Source: Bacilli bacterium (GTDB lineage: Bacteria; Bacillota_I; Bacilli_A; Erysipelotrichales; Coprobacillaceae). From it: a stretch of DNA of 64,000 nucleotides. Positions 39,915-50,596 of this stretch are shown here, in pieces. A program made the translations under genes and the position numbers. The notes beneath the pieces are model-generated. The model saw nothing but the letters and a program-made list of their open reading frames with translations, was not told the origin of the DNA and searched no databases. The stretch is taken from positions 3,805 to 67,804 of the forward strand of contig JAXJVS010000042.1 in assembly GCA_036308445.1 (NCBI GenBank), written 5' to 3'. The stretch's first letter is position 1; each line of letters opens with the position of its first letter.

Positions 39915-41195
39915 ATGGCTTATAAAGCACCAAGAGGTACAGTTGATATTTTACCTGAAAAATCAGGACAATGGATTAAATTAGAACAATTATTAAGAAC
40001 TATTAGTGCAAATTATAATGTTAAAGAAATGAGAACACCTATTTTTGAACATACTGAATTATTTAATAGAGCAGTAGGTGATACTACAGATGTTGTATCT
40101 AAAGAAATGTATACTTTTGAAGATAAGAAAGGTCGTTCAATTACATTAAGACCAGAAGGAACTGCAGGTATTGCAAGAGCATATGTAGAAAATAAAATGT
40201 TTGGTTTACCAGAAAAATTACAGAAAGTATATTATATGGGACCAATGTTTAGATATGAAAGACCACAAAATGGTAGACAAAGACAATTTCATCAATATGG
40301 TGTAGAAATGTTAGGAGTAGAATCACCATATGTAGATGTAGAATGTATGTTAATGGCTATTACTGTTGTAGAAGCATTGGGTTTAAAAGATGTAAAATTA
40401 CATATTAATTCTTTAGGTGATAATGAATCTAGAGATGCTTATAGAGAAGCTTTACAAAATCATTTTAAAGATGCTTTAGGAGATTTATGTTATGATTGCC
40501 AGCAAAGATTTGAAAAGAATCCTTTGAGAATTTTAGATTGTAAAGTTGATAAAGATCATCCGTTAATGAAAACTGCTCCTAAGACAATTGATTATTTAAG
40601 TGAAAATGCAAAAGCTCATTTTGATAAAGTTATTGAATTATTAGATGATTTAGAAGTTGATTATGTCATTGATACAAACTTAGTCAGAGGATTAGACTAT
40701 TATTCTCATACAGTGTTTGAAATTATTTCTGATGATCCTAAATTAGGAGCAGGAGCTACAGTTGGTGGGGGAGGCCGTTATAATGGCTTAGTTGAAGAAT
40801 TAGGTGGACCTACTACACCAGGTGTTGGATTTGCGTTTGGTATGGAAAGATTATTGATTGCTTTAGGTGATGAGGACGGAGAAGATGAAGGTATTGATGT
40901 TTATGTTATGCCTTTAGGAGCTGAGTCTAAAGATTTAGCAATGCAGATTATCACTATGCTTAGAGCAAATGGTTTTACTTGTGATATGGATTATTGTGAT
41001 AGAGGATTAAAAGGACAATTTAAGTCTGCAGATAGAAATCATGCACATTTTTCAATGATTATTGGTGAAGAAGAAGTGAAAAATGAAGTTGTTAATATGA
41101 AATGTAATCATTCTAGAGAACAGACTGTTGTGAAGTTAGAAGATATTGTTGAATTTATTGAAAATCATTATGAAGGAGGACATGATCATGAATAG
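39915..41195 (+). CDS. hisS: Histidine--tRNA ligase
   Basis: [16 protein letters not shown]-terminus and class II motifs (..[16 protein letters not shown].., GGGRYNGL). RBS AAGGAGG. The ORF-track start at 39891 lies in the terminator T-run. Confidence 0.95.
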   Translation: MAYKAPRGTVDILPEKSGQWIKLEQLLRTISANYNVKEMRTPIFEHTELFNRAVGDTTDVVSKEMYTFEDKKGRSITLRPEGTAGIARAYVENKMFGLPEKLQKVYYMGPMFRYERPQNGRQRQFHQYGVEMLGVESPYVDVECMLMAITVVEALGLKDVKLHINSLGDNESRDAYREALQNHFKDALGDLCYDCQQRFEKNPLRILDCKVDKDHPLMKTAPKTIDYLSENAKAHFDKVIELLDDLEVDYVIDTNLVRGLDYYSHTVFEIISDDPKLGAGATVGGGGRYNGLVEELGGPTTPGVGFAFGMERLLIALGDEDGEDEGIDVYVMPLGAESKDLAMQIITMLRANGFTCDMDYCDRGLKGQFKSADRNHAHFSMIIGEEEVKNEVVNMKCNHSREQTVVKLEDIVEFIENHYEGGHDHE

Positions 41196-42948
41196 AACTC
41201 ATAATAATGGGGAATTACGAATAGAACATGTAGGTCAAATTGTTGAGTTGAAAGGCTGGGTAGCAAAGAAAAGAAACTTAGGTTCATTAGTGTTTATTGA
41301 TTTAAGAGATAGATATGGTTTAACTCAAATTATTGCAGATGAATCTATGGAAGCTATTACTAAAGAAATTAAGAATGAATTTATTTTACAGGTTAAAGGA
41401 AAAGTTGTTGAAAGATCAAATAAAAATCCTAATATGCCTACTGGTGATATTGAAATTGAAGCTCAAGAAATTAAGATTATCAATACAGCTAATTTAACAC
41501 CAATCATTGTGGCTGATGAAACTGATGCTTTAGAAGAAACAAGAATGCAATATCGTTATCTTGATTTAAGAAGACCAGTTATGCAAAATAAGATTATTAC
41601 TAGACATAAGATTGTTCAAAGTATTAGAAATTATTTAAATGATTTAGATTTCATTGATGTAGAAACTCCTTATTTAAATAGATCAACACCAGAGGGAGCT
41701 AGAGATTTCTTAGTGCCATCTCGTGTACATAAGGGTGATTTCTATGCTTTGCCACAATCTCCACAGTTATTTAAACAATTATTAATGGTTGCTGGTTTTG
41801 AAAGATATTATCAAATCGCTAGATGTTTCAGAGATGAAGATTTAAGAGCTGATAGACAACCTGAATTTACCCAGGTTGACGTTGAGATGAGTTTTATGAC
41901 TACTGATGAAATCTTAGAAATCGGTGAAAACATGGTTGCGAAAGTTATAAAAGATGTTAAAGGTATTGATATTGAATTACCGTTACCTCGTATGACTTGG
42001 AAAGAAGCTATGGAAACATATGGTATTGATAAACCTGATGTCCGTTTTGATATGAAATTAGTAAACTTAAATGAAACTGTAAAAGATGTTGATTTTATGG
42101 TGTTTAAATCAGCGTTAGAAAACAATGGTCATGTTAAAGGGATAAATGTAAAAGGAGAAGCAGCTAATTATTCTCGTAAGAAAATTGATAAATTGACTGA
42201 TTTGGCTAAAACATATAAGGCTAAGGGATTAGCTTGGATGAAATTGGTTAATGGAAAAGCCGAAGGACCTATTGTTAAATTCTTTACAGAAGAACAATTA
42301 TCTAGATTGTTACAAGTCATGAATGCTGAAGATAATGACTTATTATTATTTGTAAGTGATACTAAATATAGTGTCGTATGTGATGCTTTAGCTGCTTTAC
42401 GTAATCATTTGGGTAAAGAATTAAAATTATATGATCCAGAAAGCTTAGGGCTATTATGGGTAGTTGATTTCCCAATGTTTGAATATGATGATGAAACACA
42501 AAGATATTATGCAACTCACCATCCATTTACTAGACCTAAAGATAGTGATATTGATAAGATTGAAAATGATCCTGCTCATTGTTTAGCTGATGCTTATGAT
42601 ATTGTTATGAATGGTTTTGAATTAGGTGGTGGATCTCAAAGAATCTACGAACAAGATTTACAGCAAAGAGCATTTAAAGCATTAAGCTTAACTGATGAAC
42701 AAGTTGAAAATAAATTTGGCTGGTTCGTAGATGCTTTAAAATATGGTACACCTCCTCATGGTGGATTTGCATTAGGTTTAGATAGACTTGCAATGTTATT
42801 GACTAACAGTGATTCTATTAGAGATGTTATAGCATTCCCTAAAAATGCAAGTGCAAGCTGTCCTATGTCAAAAGCTCCTAATAGTGTAGATAATGATCAG
42901 TTAGTTGAACTTGGAATTGAGGCTACTAAAAATGAATCAAAGAATTAA
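41188..42948 (+). CDS. aspS: Aspartate--tRNA ligase
   Basis: OB-fold N-terminus ([18 protein letters not shown]), class IIb motifs ([28 protein letters not shown]) and the bacterial insertion domain. The start overlaps the hisS stop. Confidence 0.95.
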   Translation: MNRTHNNGELRIEHVGQIVELKGWVAKKRNLGSLVFIDLRDRYGLTQIIADESMEAITKEIKNEFILQVKGKVVERSNKNPNMPTGDIEIEAQEIKIINTANLTPIIVADETDALEETRMQYRYLDLRRPVMQNKIITRHKIVQSIRNYLNDLDFIDVETPYLNRSTPEGARDFLVPSRVHKGDFYALPQSPQLFKQLLMVAGFERYYQIARCFRDEDLRADRQPEFTQVDVEMSFMTTDEILEIGENMVAKVIKDVKGIDIELPLPRMTWKEAMETYGIDKPDVRFDMKLVNLNETVKDVDFMVFKSALENNGHVKGINVKGEAANYSRKKIDKLTDLAKTYKAKGLAWMKLVNGKAEGPIVKFFTEEQLSRLLQVMNAEDNDLLLFVSDTKYSVVCDALAALRNHLGKELKLYDPESLGLLWVVDFPMFEYDDETQRYYATHHPFTRPKDSDIDKIENDPAHCLADAYDIVMNGFELGGGSQRIYEQDLQQRAFKALSLTDEQVENKFGWFVDALKYGTPPHGGFALGLDRLAMLLTNSDSIRDVIAFPKNASASCPMSKAPNSVDNDQLVELGIEATKNESKN

Positions 42949-44011
42949 TAAAGTTTTAGATGAGATGGCTAGTAGAGGAATTGATCACTTAATTATTAGT
43001 GATCCTTCTTCTATTGATTATTTAATTGGTTATAAAAATAATCCTGGTGAAAGAATGTATGTTTTATTATTGACATTAGATGGTAAACATACAATCTTCT
43101 TGAATGATTTATTCTATTTAAATCAGAAATTAGATGTTGATATTGTCTGGTATAATGATACAGATAATTATGTAGAAATTTTAGCTCAATATTTACAAGA
43201 GGCAAACTGTATTGGTGTAGATAAATTTTGGAATGCCAAATTCTTGTTGCCATTAATGGGGCTTGCAAATGAAGAAACTTGTTTTGAATTAGGTTCTATC
43301 TGTGTTGATTATGTTCGTATGAAAAAAGATGAACAAGAACAAGCTTTAATGATTAAGGCGAGTCAGATTAATGATCAAGCGATTGATAAAATGATTGAAC
43401 TTTGTGCAACAGGAAAATATAGTGAAAAAGAAGTATCGGTTCAATTGGCTGATATTTATAGAAGCTTAGGTTCTGATGATAATTCTTTTATGCCAATTGT
43501 TGCTTATGGATCAAATTGTGCTGACACTCATCATATGGGTGATGATACAATGCTAAAGGCTGGAGATAGTATTATCATTGATATGGGATGCCTTTATAAA
43601 GGATATTGTAGTGATATGACAAGAACTGTATTTTATAAAGAAGTAAGTGAGGAAGCGAAGAGAGTTTATGAATTAGTAAGAAAAGCTAATGAAGCGGCTG
43701 AAGCTATGATTAAACCTGGTGTAAAGCTTTGTGATATTGATAAATGTGCTAGAGATATGATTAAAGATGGTGGTTTTGTTGCTGAATTTAATCATCGTTT
43801 AGGACATTTTATTGGTAGAGATGTTCATGAGTATGGTGATGTTTCTGCTTCTTTTGATATGGTGGTTGAAGAAGGTATGATTTTCTCTATTGAACCAGGT
43901 GTTTATATTCAGGGACAATTTGGTGTAAGAGTTGAAGATCTGGTTTTAGTAACTAAGGATGGATGTAAAGTTTTAAATAGTTATTCTAAAGATTTAAAAG
44001 TTGTTGGTTAA
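42932..44011 (+). CDS. M24-family Xaa-Pro aminopeptidase/dipeptidase
   Basis: Creatinase-like N-domain and pita-bread C-domain with metal ligands ([34 protein letters not shown]). A terminator GGTTAAG/CTTAACC plus T5 follows. Confidence 0.88.
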   Translation: MNQRINKVLDEMASRGIDHLIISDPSSIDYLIGYKNNPGERMYVLLLTLDGKHTIFLNDLFYLNQKLDVDIVWYNDTDNYVEILAQYLQEANCIGVDKFWNAKFLLPLMGLANEETCFELGSICVDYVRMKKDEQEQALMIKASQINDQAIDKMIELCATGKYSEKEVSVQLADIYRSLGSDDNSFMPIVAYGSNCADTHHMGDDTMLKAGDSIIIDMGCLYKGYCSDMTRTVFYKEVSEEAKRVYELVRKANEAAEAMIKPGVKLCDIDKCARDMIKDGGFVAEFNHRLGHFIGRDVHEYGDVSASFDMVVEEGMIFSIEPGVYIQGQFGVRVEDLVLVTKDGCKVLNSYSKDLKVVG

Positions 44012-44068
44012 GAGAAATCTTAACCTTTTTGTTTATCTTCTTTTTTTAGAGATGTATAATTTATAAAA

Positions 44069-45433
44069 ATGAGGAAAAACAATAATGATTTTACAAAAGG
44101 TTCAGTAAAAAAATATATTTTAAATATTGCTGGACCAATGATTATCGCACAGTTGATTAATGTTTTATATAATGTTATAGATCGTATATATATAGGCTGA
44201 ATTCCTGAAATTTCTACTCTTGCCATAGGTGGTTTAGGTTTATGTTTACCACTTGTTTCAATTATTATTGCTTTTGCTAGTCTAATAGGTACGGGTGTTT
44301 CACCATTATGCTCTATTGCTAGAGGAAAGGGGAATATAGATGAAGCGGAAGAAATTATGGGAAATTCTTTTGTTCTCCTTGTTTTTTTGTTTTGGTTATG
44401 GTTTTAGCTTTTCTTTTTAAAGAACCGATATTATGGTTATTAGGTGCAAGTGATGATACTTTCTTATATGCTAATCAATATATTACAAATTATCTTTTCG
44501 GTACTTTGTTTGTATTGGTAGGACTTGGGATGAATAGTTTCATTAATAGTCAAGGGTTTTCCAAAATAGGGATGATAACTGTGCTGATTGGTGCTGTTTT
44601 AAATATTATTCTTGATCCATTATTTATTTTTATATTTGATACGGGAGTAAGGGGTGCTGCACTTTCTACTGTTATTTCTCAGATGTTATCTGCTTTATGG
44701 ACTTTTCAATTTTTAGTTGGTAATAATACGCTTCTTAAGTTGAGAAAAGATAAGCTGAAACTTAATTGGTTTTATGTAAAGAAAATTGTCTCTTTAGGTA
44801 TGGCGGGTTTTATGATGGTTATCACAAATTCTATTGTAACTATAGTATGTAATTCTACTTTATCAATGTACGGTGGAGATATTTATATAGCAATTATGAC
44901 AATAATCAATTCTATAAGAGAAGTTGCATCTTTACCAGGACAAAATATTGCTAATGCATCACAACCTGTGCTTGGGTATAATTACGGAGTAAAATGTTAT
45001 AAAAGAGTTTTAGAAGGCATTAAATTTACAACGATGACAGCATTTTTAGCTATGTTAGTATTTTGGCTAGGAATAAATTTTTTTTCCAGTTCAATTGATG
45101 AAAATATTTACTAATGATTTTCATATGATTAGTCATGGTGTAACAGCTATTAGATTGTATTTCTTTGGTTTTTATATGATGGCTTTTCAAATGAGCGGTC
45201 AAGCGGTTGCAGTGGGTTTAGGAAAATCAAAACAAGCTATCTTCTTTTCTATATTCAGAAAGATTATAATTGTTGTTCCTCTTACTATCATTTTACCTAA
45301 GATCATTGGTATAAATGCTGTATTTATTGCTGAAGCTATTAGTAATTTTATAGGTGGCAGTGCATGTTATATAACAATGTGGTTTACAATTGGCAAAAAA
45401 TTAAAAAACACGGTTTCCCGTGTTTATTCTTGA
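44069..45433 (+). pseudogene. MATE-family efflux transporter, inactivated by one in-frame TGA and two homopolymer frameshifts
   Basis: Conceptual product MRKNNNDFTKGSVKKYILNIAGPMIIAQLINVLYNVIDRIYIG-stop(TGA 44198-44200)-IPEISTLAIGG... The frame shifts at T7 (44382-44388) into ORF 44392-45114, then at T8 (45078-45085) back into the original frame (ORF 45095-45433). Confidence 0.85.
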
Positions 45434-45555
45434 GCATTTGAATTGTTTTGGTATTTATTGCTCATTAATCCATCTTCAGCACTAGAGTTAGCTTGCTGAT
45501 TTTGGTTATACCCTTTGTTTTGATTTTGTTTGTTTTTTGAATTTTTGTGACTCAT
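45424..45555 (-). CDS. Unannotated 43-aa N/Q/K/S-rich protein (possible minor SASP-like spore protein)
   Basis: Below the ORF-track size cut-off. GGAG lies 8 nt upstream of the ATG (complement of 45553-45555). Product is MSHKNSKNKQNQNKGYNQNQQANSSAEDGLMSNKYQNNSNAQE. The upstream minus-strand sequence TCATA-17 nt-CATAATA (45612-45616 / 45588-45594) resembles sigmaG/F-type promoters. Confidence 0.45.
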   Translation of the reverse strand: MSHKNSKNKQNQNKGYNQNQQANSSAEDGLMSNKYQNNSNAQE

Positions 45556-45676
45556 AATTATTTCTCCTTTTTGTCCTTGGACAATATTATTATGGCCAGA
45601 AAATTTATGTTTATGAAAAAAATTTTATATATTAAAATGTTTCTATTTATGATAAAATAGTAATGAGGTGACAAAT

Positions 45677-46984
45677 ATGTATTATTTTATTGGAATTAAA
45701 GGTTCTGGAATGGCTTCATTAGCTTTGATTTTATATGATTTAGGTTATGAAGTTGCTGGAAGTGATATTGATAAATATATTTTTATTGAAGAAGATTTAA
45801 GAAAGAAAGGAATTCCTATTTATTCATTTAATAAAGATAATATTAAAGATGGATATCATGTGATAATAGGAAATGCTTTTGATGAATCAAATGAAGAAGT
45901 AAAAGCCGCTAAAGAAAATCCAAATGTTATTACCCATACATATTATGATTTTTTAGGACATTTAATGAATCGATATGTATCTGTAGGTATTGCTGGTACA
46001 CATGGAAAAACAACAACTACTGGTATGGCTTATCATTTGTTTGAAGAATATGATAAGACTTCTGTTTTAATTGGTGATGGAACTGGTCATGCAGTTAATG
46101 ACAGTAAATATTTCATAGCTGAGACATGTGAATATATGGATCATTTTTTACATTATTATCCTAATTATGTTATTATTAATAATATTGAAATGGATCATGT
46201 TGATTATTTTAAATCAATGGAACAATATAAAAAGTCCTTTGAAACTTATGCTAATCAGGCTAAAGATACAGTTATTATTTGGGGAGATGATCCTCATCTA
46301 CCGACTTTAAATTATACGAAGAGAGTTGTTAAGTTTGGTTTGAAAGATAGTAATGATGTTGTTGCTAGAAATGTTATTAATAATGATCATGGTTTATCTT
46401 TTGATGTTTATATTCATAAGGAATTATTTGGTCATTTTAATTTACCATTCTTTGGTATGCATATGTTATATAATTCATTAGCAGTCCTCACTTTGGGATA
46501 TTTAGAAGGTATGGATGCTGATTATATTGAAGAAAGATTATCTACATTTGAAGGAGTTAAACGTCGTTATACAGTTAAAGAAGTTGGAAACTGTATATAT
46601 GTTGATGATTATGCACATCATCCTACTGCTGTAAAATATGTTATTGAAGCAACAAGAACAAGATATCCTGGTAAAAAGATTGTGGCTTTATTTAAACCTG
46701 ATCGTTTTTCAAGAATTGCTCGTTTTGCTAAAGAGTTTGCTCAGGCAATGGATAGTGCTGATTATCCATTTTTATGTCATTTTCCTGAAAATGCAAAAAA
46801 AGAAGAAGGTATTGATATAGATATTACTGAAATTGGGCAATATATACCTAGAGCGAAAATTATTAAAGAAGATGAAGAAGCAGCTAAGATGTTAGCTCAA
46901 TATGATAATGTTGTTTATTTGTTTATGAGCAGTAAAGATATTTACAAATTAGAGGAAAAAGTTATAGCTCAAAAAAAGTTATAA
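45677..46984 (+). CDS. murC: UDP-N-acetylmuramate--L-alanine ligase
   Basis: MYYFIGIKGSGMASLA N-terminus and the GTHGKTTTT P-loop of the Mur ligase family. RBS GAGGTG lies before the ATG at 45677. Confidence 0.93.
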   Translation: MYYFIGIKGSGMASLALILYDLGYEVAGSDIDKYIFIEEDLRKKGIPIYSFNKDNIKDGYHVIIGNAFDESNEEVKAAKENPNVITHTYYDFLGHLMNRYVSVGIAGTHGKTTTTGMAYHLFEEYDKTSVLIGDGTGHAVNDSKYFIAETCEYMDHFLHYYPNYVIINNIEMDHVDYFKSMEQYKKSFETYANQAKDTVIIWGDDPHLPTLNYTKRVVKFGLKDSNDVVARNVINNDHGLSFDVYIHKELFGHFNLPFFGMHMLYNSLAVLTLGYLEGMDADYIEERLSTFEGVKRRYTVKEVGNCIYVDDYAHHPTAVKYVIEATRTRYPGKKIVALFKPDRFSRIARFAKEFAQAMDSADYPFLCHFPENAKKEEGIDIDITEIGQYIPRAKIIKEDEEAAKMLAQYDNVVYLFMSSKDIYKLEEKVIAQKKL

Positions 46985-47016
46985 TTATTATATAAATAGT
47001 ATAGAAAGGAGAGACT

Positions 47017-47319
47017 ATGAATTACGTTGATTTATGTACATGTTTTTTAATTTTATCTGGTGCTTTTGCATTGATTTGTCTAGGGGTATTATTGCTTAAA
47101 ACTTCTTCTACAATGAAAGAAGTTACAGCGATGCTTCAAGTTTTACAAATCACATTAGATAAAGCTAATAAGACTTTAGATGATATTAATGTGAAATTGG
47201 ATATGCTTAATGCTCCAGTAGAAATGGTGAGTGGTTTCTTTAATCGTGACCGTGCTCGTAATGGATTTTTAGCTAGTATAATGGCTGCTAAATCTATGTT
47301 TAAAAAGAAATCAAAATAA
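47017..47319 (+). CDS. DUF948-family membrane-anchored protein (YtxG-like)
   Basis: N-terminal TM helix plus a coiled region. Its position after murC and before a YtxH-like gene parallels B. subtilis murC...ytxGHJ. Confidence 0.6.
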   Translation: MNYVDLCTCFLILSGAFALICLGVLLLKTSSTMKEVTAMLQVLQITLDKANKTLDDINVKLDMLNAPVEMVSGFFNRDRARNGFLASIMAAKSMFKKKSK

Positions 47320-47333
47320 AAGGAGAGAATTAA

Positions 47334-47816
47334 ATGAAATTAGGAAAATTTATTTTAGGATTAGGAATTGGAGCAGTTGCTGGATTATTATTAGCTCCTA
47401 AAAAAGGTAGTGAATTAAGGGAAGATATTAAGAATGAATCTTTAAAGGTTTATGAAAATGTAAAGAATATGTCTAAAGAAGATATCGAATCTGCTTTAGG
47501 AAAAACAATTGAATCTGTAAAAAAATCAGTGGATGAGTTTGATGTTGAAGAATTTAAAGATACTGCTAAAACAAAATTAAATGAATTAGAAACAAAATTA
47601 GAAGATTTTGCTGAAAAAGTAAAAGATTCAGAAAAATATACTCAAGTAAGAGATGGAGTTATTGAAGTTACAGATAAAGTTAATTCTAAAATTGAAGAAA
47701 TGAAATCAAAAGTATTAGAATCAAATTTTGTAGAAAAAGATTTAGTGGATTTGTCGGAAGAAATCGATGCTGTTGAAGAAAAATTAGAAGAAATGATTGA
47801 AGAAATTACTGAATAA
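47334..47816 (+). CDS. YtxH-domain general-stress-like protein
   Basis: N-terminal LGLGIGAVAGLLLAPKKGSELRED is the YtxH signature, followed by an acidic coiled-coil tail. Confidence 0.75.
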   Translation: MKLGKFILGLGIGAVAGLLLAPKKGSELREDIKNESLKVYENVKNMSKEDIESALGKTIESVKKSVDEFDVEEFKDTAKTKLNELETKLEDFAEKVKDSEKYTQVRDGVIEVTDKVNSKIEEMKSKVLESNFVEKDLVDLSEEIDAVEEKLEEMIEEITE

Positions 47817-48823
47817 TGGCAAAAAAGGTTACAATATATGACGTTGCTACTGAGGCTGGTGTCTCTTTAGCAACTGTTTCTCGTGTTATTAACGGTTCAA
47901 ATGTTGTTAAACCTCAAACACGTGATAAAGTTTTAGAAACAATTCAACGTTTAGATTTCAAACCGAATCAGATTGCAAGAGGTCTTGCAACAAGTAAAAC
48001 AACAACAATCGCAGTTGTTTTCCCTCAATCATTGTTTGCTCATGTTAAAAATATGATTGGTGGTATAGGGGATACAAGTAGAAGATTAGATTATAATGTA
48101 AGTATTTATACAACTGAAGATCTTGGAGATGGTGATCCAAGTGAAAGTGTTATTGAAAAAGTTGTAAAATCGAGAGCTGATGGAGTTGTATTATTTAATA
48201 GTAATCAAATTGATGAACACATTGCTTTATGTGAAAAGTATAAAATTCCGACTGTTGTTATTGGAAAAAAAGTATCAAATGAGTTTATGGGCTCTATTTA
48301 TGTAGATGCTAAAAAGATTGCTTTTGAACTTATAGATAGTTTTTTGAGAAAAGGAAAAAAAGATGTTTTATTTATCCATCAATTGCAGAATCTTGTTAGT
48401 TCTTCTGATTTGTGTGATGGAATTAGAGAAGCTTATAAACATCATGGTTTGACTTTTAATGAGGACAATATTATGAAAACTTCTCATCATTATGAAAAAA
48501 GTTATCCTCAATTAAAAGATTATTTTAAAACCCAGAAACATGATGTTGTTTTTACAAGCTATGATAAAGAAGGTGTTGCTGTTGTTAATGCGGCAATAGA
48601 TAATGGTATTAAAGTTCCTGAAGAAATGGAAGTTGTAGGAATGATGAATACTAGTTATTCTATTATGTCTAGACCTACTTTGTCTACTATTCATGTTCCT
48701 GTTTATGATATGGGTGCTTTGGCTATTCGATTATTAACAAAAATTTTAAATGATGAAGATATTGATAGTAAAGAAGTGTCATTACATTATTTATTTATGA
48801 AAAGAGATACTACTAATATTTAA
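47816..48823 (+). CDS. LacI-family transcriptional regulator, CcpA-like
   Basis: The HTH region VTIYDVATEAGVSLATVSRVINGS..VKPQTRDKVLETIQRLDFKPNQIARGLA closely resembles CcpA, followed by a periplasmic-binding-fold domain. Synteny with ytx genes fits. Assignment as the true CcpA is not certain. Confidence 0.7.
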   Translation: MAKKVTIYDVATEAGVSLATVSRVINGSNVVKPQTRDKVLETIQRLDFKPNQIARGLATSKTTTIAVVFPQSLFAHVKNMIGGIGDTSRRLDYNVSIYTTEDLGDGDPSESVIEKVVKSRADGVVLFNSNQIDEHIALCEKYKIPTVVIGKKVSNEFMGSIYVDAKKIAFELIDSFLRKGKKDVLFIHQLQNLVSSSDLCDGIREAYKHHGLTFNEDNIMKTSHHYEKSYPQLKDYFKTQKHDVVFTSYDKEGVAVVNAAIDNGIKVPEEMEVVGMMNTSYSIMSRPTLSTIHVPVYDMGALAIRLLTKILNDEDIDSKEVSLHYLFMKRDTTNI

Positions 48824-48947
48824 GAACTTCTAATAGGAGTTCTTTTTCTTATAAGTAAAAATATTTGTCTTTTTAAAAATACAAATGTCGAATAGTGACT
48901 AAAATGTTCTTGTATGATATAATGTTTACGTTAAGGAGGTTAAAGAA

Positions 48948-49940
48948 ATGAAAATTAGTTTAAATCTAGATAGTATTGCCCTCCTTTTATTTTGTAGTGA
49001 TATTGTAAGTGATAGTTCTAAACCTTTAACACAAGAAGAATGGTTTGAAGTAGAAAAAAAATTAAGATCTTCTACTTTAAAAGAACCTTCTCGTTTGTTT
49101 GGAATGAGCAAAGATGCATTAGTACAGATTTTACAAATAGATGAATATATTGCTTATAAAATGATGGCCCGAGCTACTATATATGATAAACTGATGTATG
49201 CTTTACATAATCTTCAAAATGAAGGAATTAATATAACAACAAAATATGAAGATAATTATCCCTCTTCTTTAATACATTCTTTGAAAAAAAGATCCCCTTT
49301 ATTTTTGTATTATATTGGAGATTTATCAATTTTAAAAAATATGGTTTCTATTGTTGGGCCTCAACAAATGGAAAGGAAGTTACAATCTTTTACAAAAAAT
49401 TTAGTTAGAAAGTTGTATGATGAAGATAAGGTGTTAGTTTCTAGTGGAGCTAAAGGAATAGAAACTTATGCCTTGAAGATGCATTTGAAATTAGGTGGTA
49501 AAGCTGTTTGTATTGTGAGTGATCACATGCTTGATAAGAAACAGGGATATAATAAACAAATTAAAGATAAACAAATGGTTTTGATTAGTGCTGTTGATCC
49601 ATATGCTTTCTTTAACGTTACAAATGCATTAGATAGAAATATTTATGTTTGTGGATTATCTGATTATCAATTTGTAACTTCTTCACATATTAATAGTGGT
49701 GGAATCTGGTTTACATCTATTCAGAATTTCCATTATCATTGGACAACTCAGATTGTTTATGATGAACCTAGATATAATGGGAATATAAGATTACTTGAAA
49801 TGGGAGCTTTAAAGATTAGTAATGAAGATATTCTTTCGTTATTAACTATTGATCAGATTGTTGAGAAAAATAAAGCTGTTAATGTAGTAGAGGAAATTAT
49901 GGTTGATCAAATGTCTATTTATGAGTTTATTGAGGAATAG
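48948..49940 (+). CDS. Divergent DprA/Smf-like (SLOG/Rossmann) protein
   Basis: The core aligns to the DprA pattern: SIVGPQQ.. (compare IVGSRK), VLVSSGAKGIETYALKMHLKLGGKAVCIV (compare vvSGlArGIDaaAH..gG.tiaV), and ..DRNIYVCGLSDYQFV..SGGIWFT (compare RNRiiagLs..vVvEa..SGsl.TA). Several canonical residues are substituted. Confidence 0.6.
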   Translation: MKISLNLDSIALLLFCSDIVSDSSKPLTQEEWFEVEKKLRSSTLKEPSRLFGMSKDALVQILQIDEYIAYKMMARATIYDKLMYALHNLQNEGINITTKYEDNYPSSLIHSLKKRSPLFLYYIGDLSILKNMVSIVGPQQMERKLQSFTKNLVRKLYDEDKVLVSSGAKGIETYALKMHLKLGGKAVCIVSDHMLDKKQGYNKQIKDKQMVLISAVDPYAFFNVTNALDRNIYVCGLSDYQFVTSSHINSGGIWFTSIQNFHYHWTTQIVYDEPRYNGNIRLLEMGALKISNEDILSLLTIDQIVEKNKAVNVVEEIMVDQMSIYEFIEE

Positions 49941-49942
49941 TT

Positions 49943-50557
49943 ATGCAGGAGTTTAAAAAATATAAAATTACATATACTCTTATTGGAATATGCATTATTT
50001 TATACATTGTGACAACATTATTGTATGGTATAGAAATGAGTAGTTATGATGCTTTAGAGTTTTTAGGCTATAATCCAATGATAGTTTATATGAATCATTC
50101 TTATTATCGCTTGATTACTGCTAATTTTATCCATTTTGGAATTTTACATATTGTAGTGAATTGTTATTCTTTATATAATATTGGCCCTTTTATGGAAAGA
50201 ATATTAGGTTTTAAAGAATATTTGATTGTGATAATGACTTCAATGATTTCTACAACACTTATACCTTATATTTTATTTTTTATTAATGGTTTTGGATATG
50301 ATAGTGTAAGTGGTGGTATTAGTGGCGTTATATGTGGGCTATTAGGTTCTATTGCTGCTTTAGCTTTGCTTTTAAAAGGGCGATTTAAAGATGTTTTTAG
50401 AAATGTATTGCCTAGTATTGTATTAATGATATTTATGTCTTTTGGTTTTGATGATATTTCTCTTTCAGGGCATTTGTGTGGTATGATTGGTGGATTTATT
50501 TCTACTTATATTTTGATGAGAATGAAGCTGAAGCGTAGAATAGACATTATTAATTAA
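49943..50557 (+). CDS. Rhomboid-family intramembrane serine protease
   Basis: HFGILHIVVNCYSLYNIG, GGISGVICGLLG (GxSG catalytic Ser) and GHLCGMIGG (catalytic His) in a polytopic protein. It starts 2 nt after the preceding stop. Confidence 0.85.
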   Translation: MQEFKKYKITYTLIGICIILYIVTTLLYGIEMSSYDALEFLGYNPMIVYMNHSYYRLITANFIHFGILHIVVNCYSLYNIGPFMERILGFKEYLIVIMTSMISTTLIPYILFFINGFGYDSVSGGISGVICGLLGSIAALALLLKGRFKDVFRNVLPSIVLMIFMSFGFDDISLSGHLCGMIGGFISTYILMRMKLKRRIDIIN

Positions 50558-50596
50558 AAATAGTAGTTCAATACTTAAAAGGATGGTGAATTGAAA

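Noticed and set aside
44198-44200. The in-frame TGA in the MATE gene was considered as evidence for genetic code 4 (TGA = Trp), since some low-GC relatives use it.
   Set aside because: TGA clearly functions as a stop elsewhere in the window. Examples are the response regulator ending at 37996-37998 with the kinase start overlapping, and the ylbD stop at 60084-60086. No other gene needs TGA read-through, and the same gene also has two frameshifts.
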